A program made the position numbers and the translations under genes. Below, in pieces: positions 63,968 through 64,000 of a DNA stretch of 64,000 nucleotides (position 1 is the first letter of the stretch; every line of letters begins with the position of its first letter). This DNA comes from Chiloscyllium plagiosum. Taxonomy: Eukaryota. Under the pieces are notes generated by a model. That model had not been told where the DNA came from and made no database searches. It saw nothing but the letters and a program-made list of their open reading frames with translations. Location of the stretch: NCBI RefSeq assembly GCF_004010195.1, contig NC_057751.1, forward strand, positions 4,836,649 through 4,900,648, read 5' to 3'.

Positions 63968-64000
63968 ATGAGGAGCATCCTTTGTGCTGTCCGTCACTGT
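63968..64000 (+). CDS. Possible first coding segment (MRSILCAVRHC...) of the third gene; exon starts at 63890; candidate LOXL2 signal peptide, truncated by the window end
   Basis: Long pyrimidine tract and ctgcag acceptor at 63889; aggATG context after an in-exon upstream stop; identity inferred only from mammalian ENTPD4-LOXL2 synteny. Confidence 0.4.
   Translation, partial: MRSILCAVRHC

Overview
Repeat-rich vertebrate genomic DNA, almost certainly an elasmobranch (shark), judged from multiple HE1-type SINEs and CR1/HER1-type LINE fragments. Three genes appear to run on the + strand. (1) The 3' part of R3HCC1: five confident coding exons at 986-6751, plus two tentative terminal exons. (2) A complete ENTPD4 (Golgi/lysosomal UDPase, LALP70): CpG-island promoter near 16.6-17.0 kb and 12 coding exons at 22759-46942 that splice in phase to 1830 nt (609 aa plus stop). 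It retains the alternative donor pair that adds or removes VSFASSQQ. (3) The probable 5' end of a third gene (non-coding exon ending 54850, ATG at 63968), possibly LOXL2 by synteny only. Introns and intergenic DNA hold HE1 SINEs, Deu-type SINEs, CR1/L2 fragments, solo LTRs with target-site duplications (TSDs), TA-flanked MITEs and many short Penelope-like element (PLE) insertions. The most notable system is this PLE population: short, TSD-flanked, often fold-back inserts carrying minimal type-I hammerhead ribozyme cores. One is a 167-bp near-perfect palindrome in an ENTPD4 intron with an intact core on each strand. There is no CRISPR, rRNA or true tRNA. Everything was read by eye; no database searches were run.
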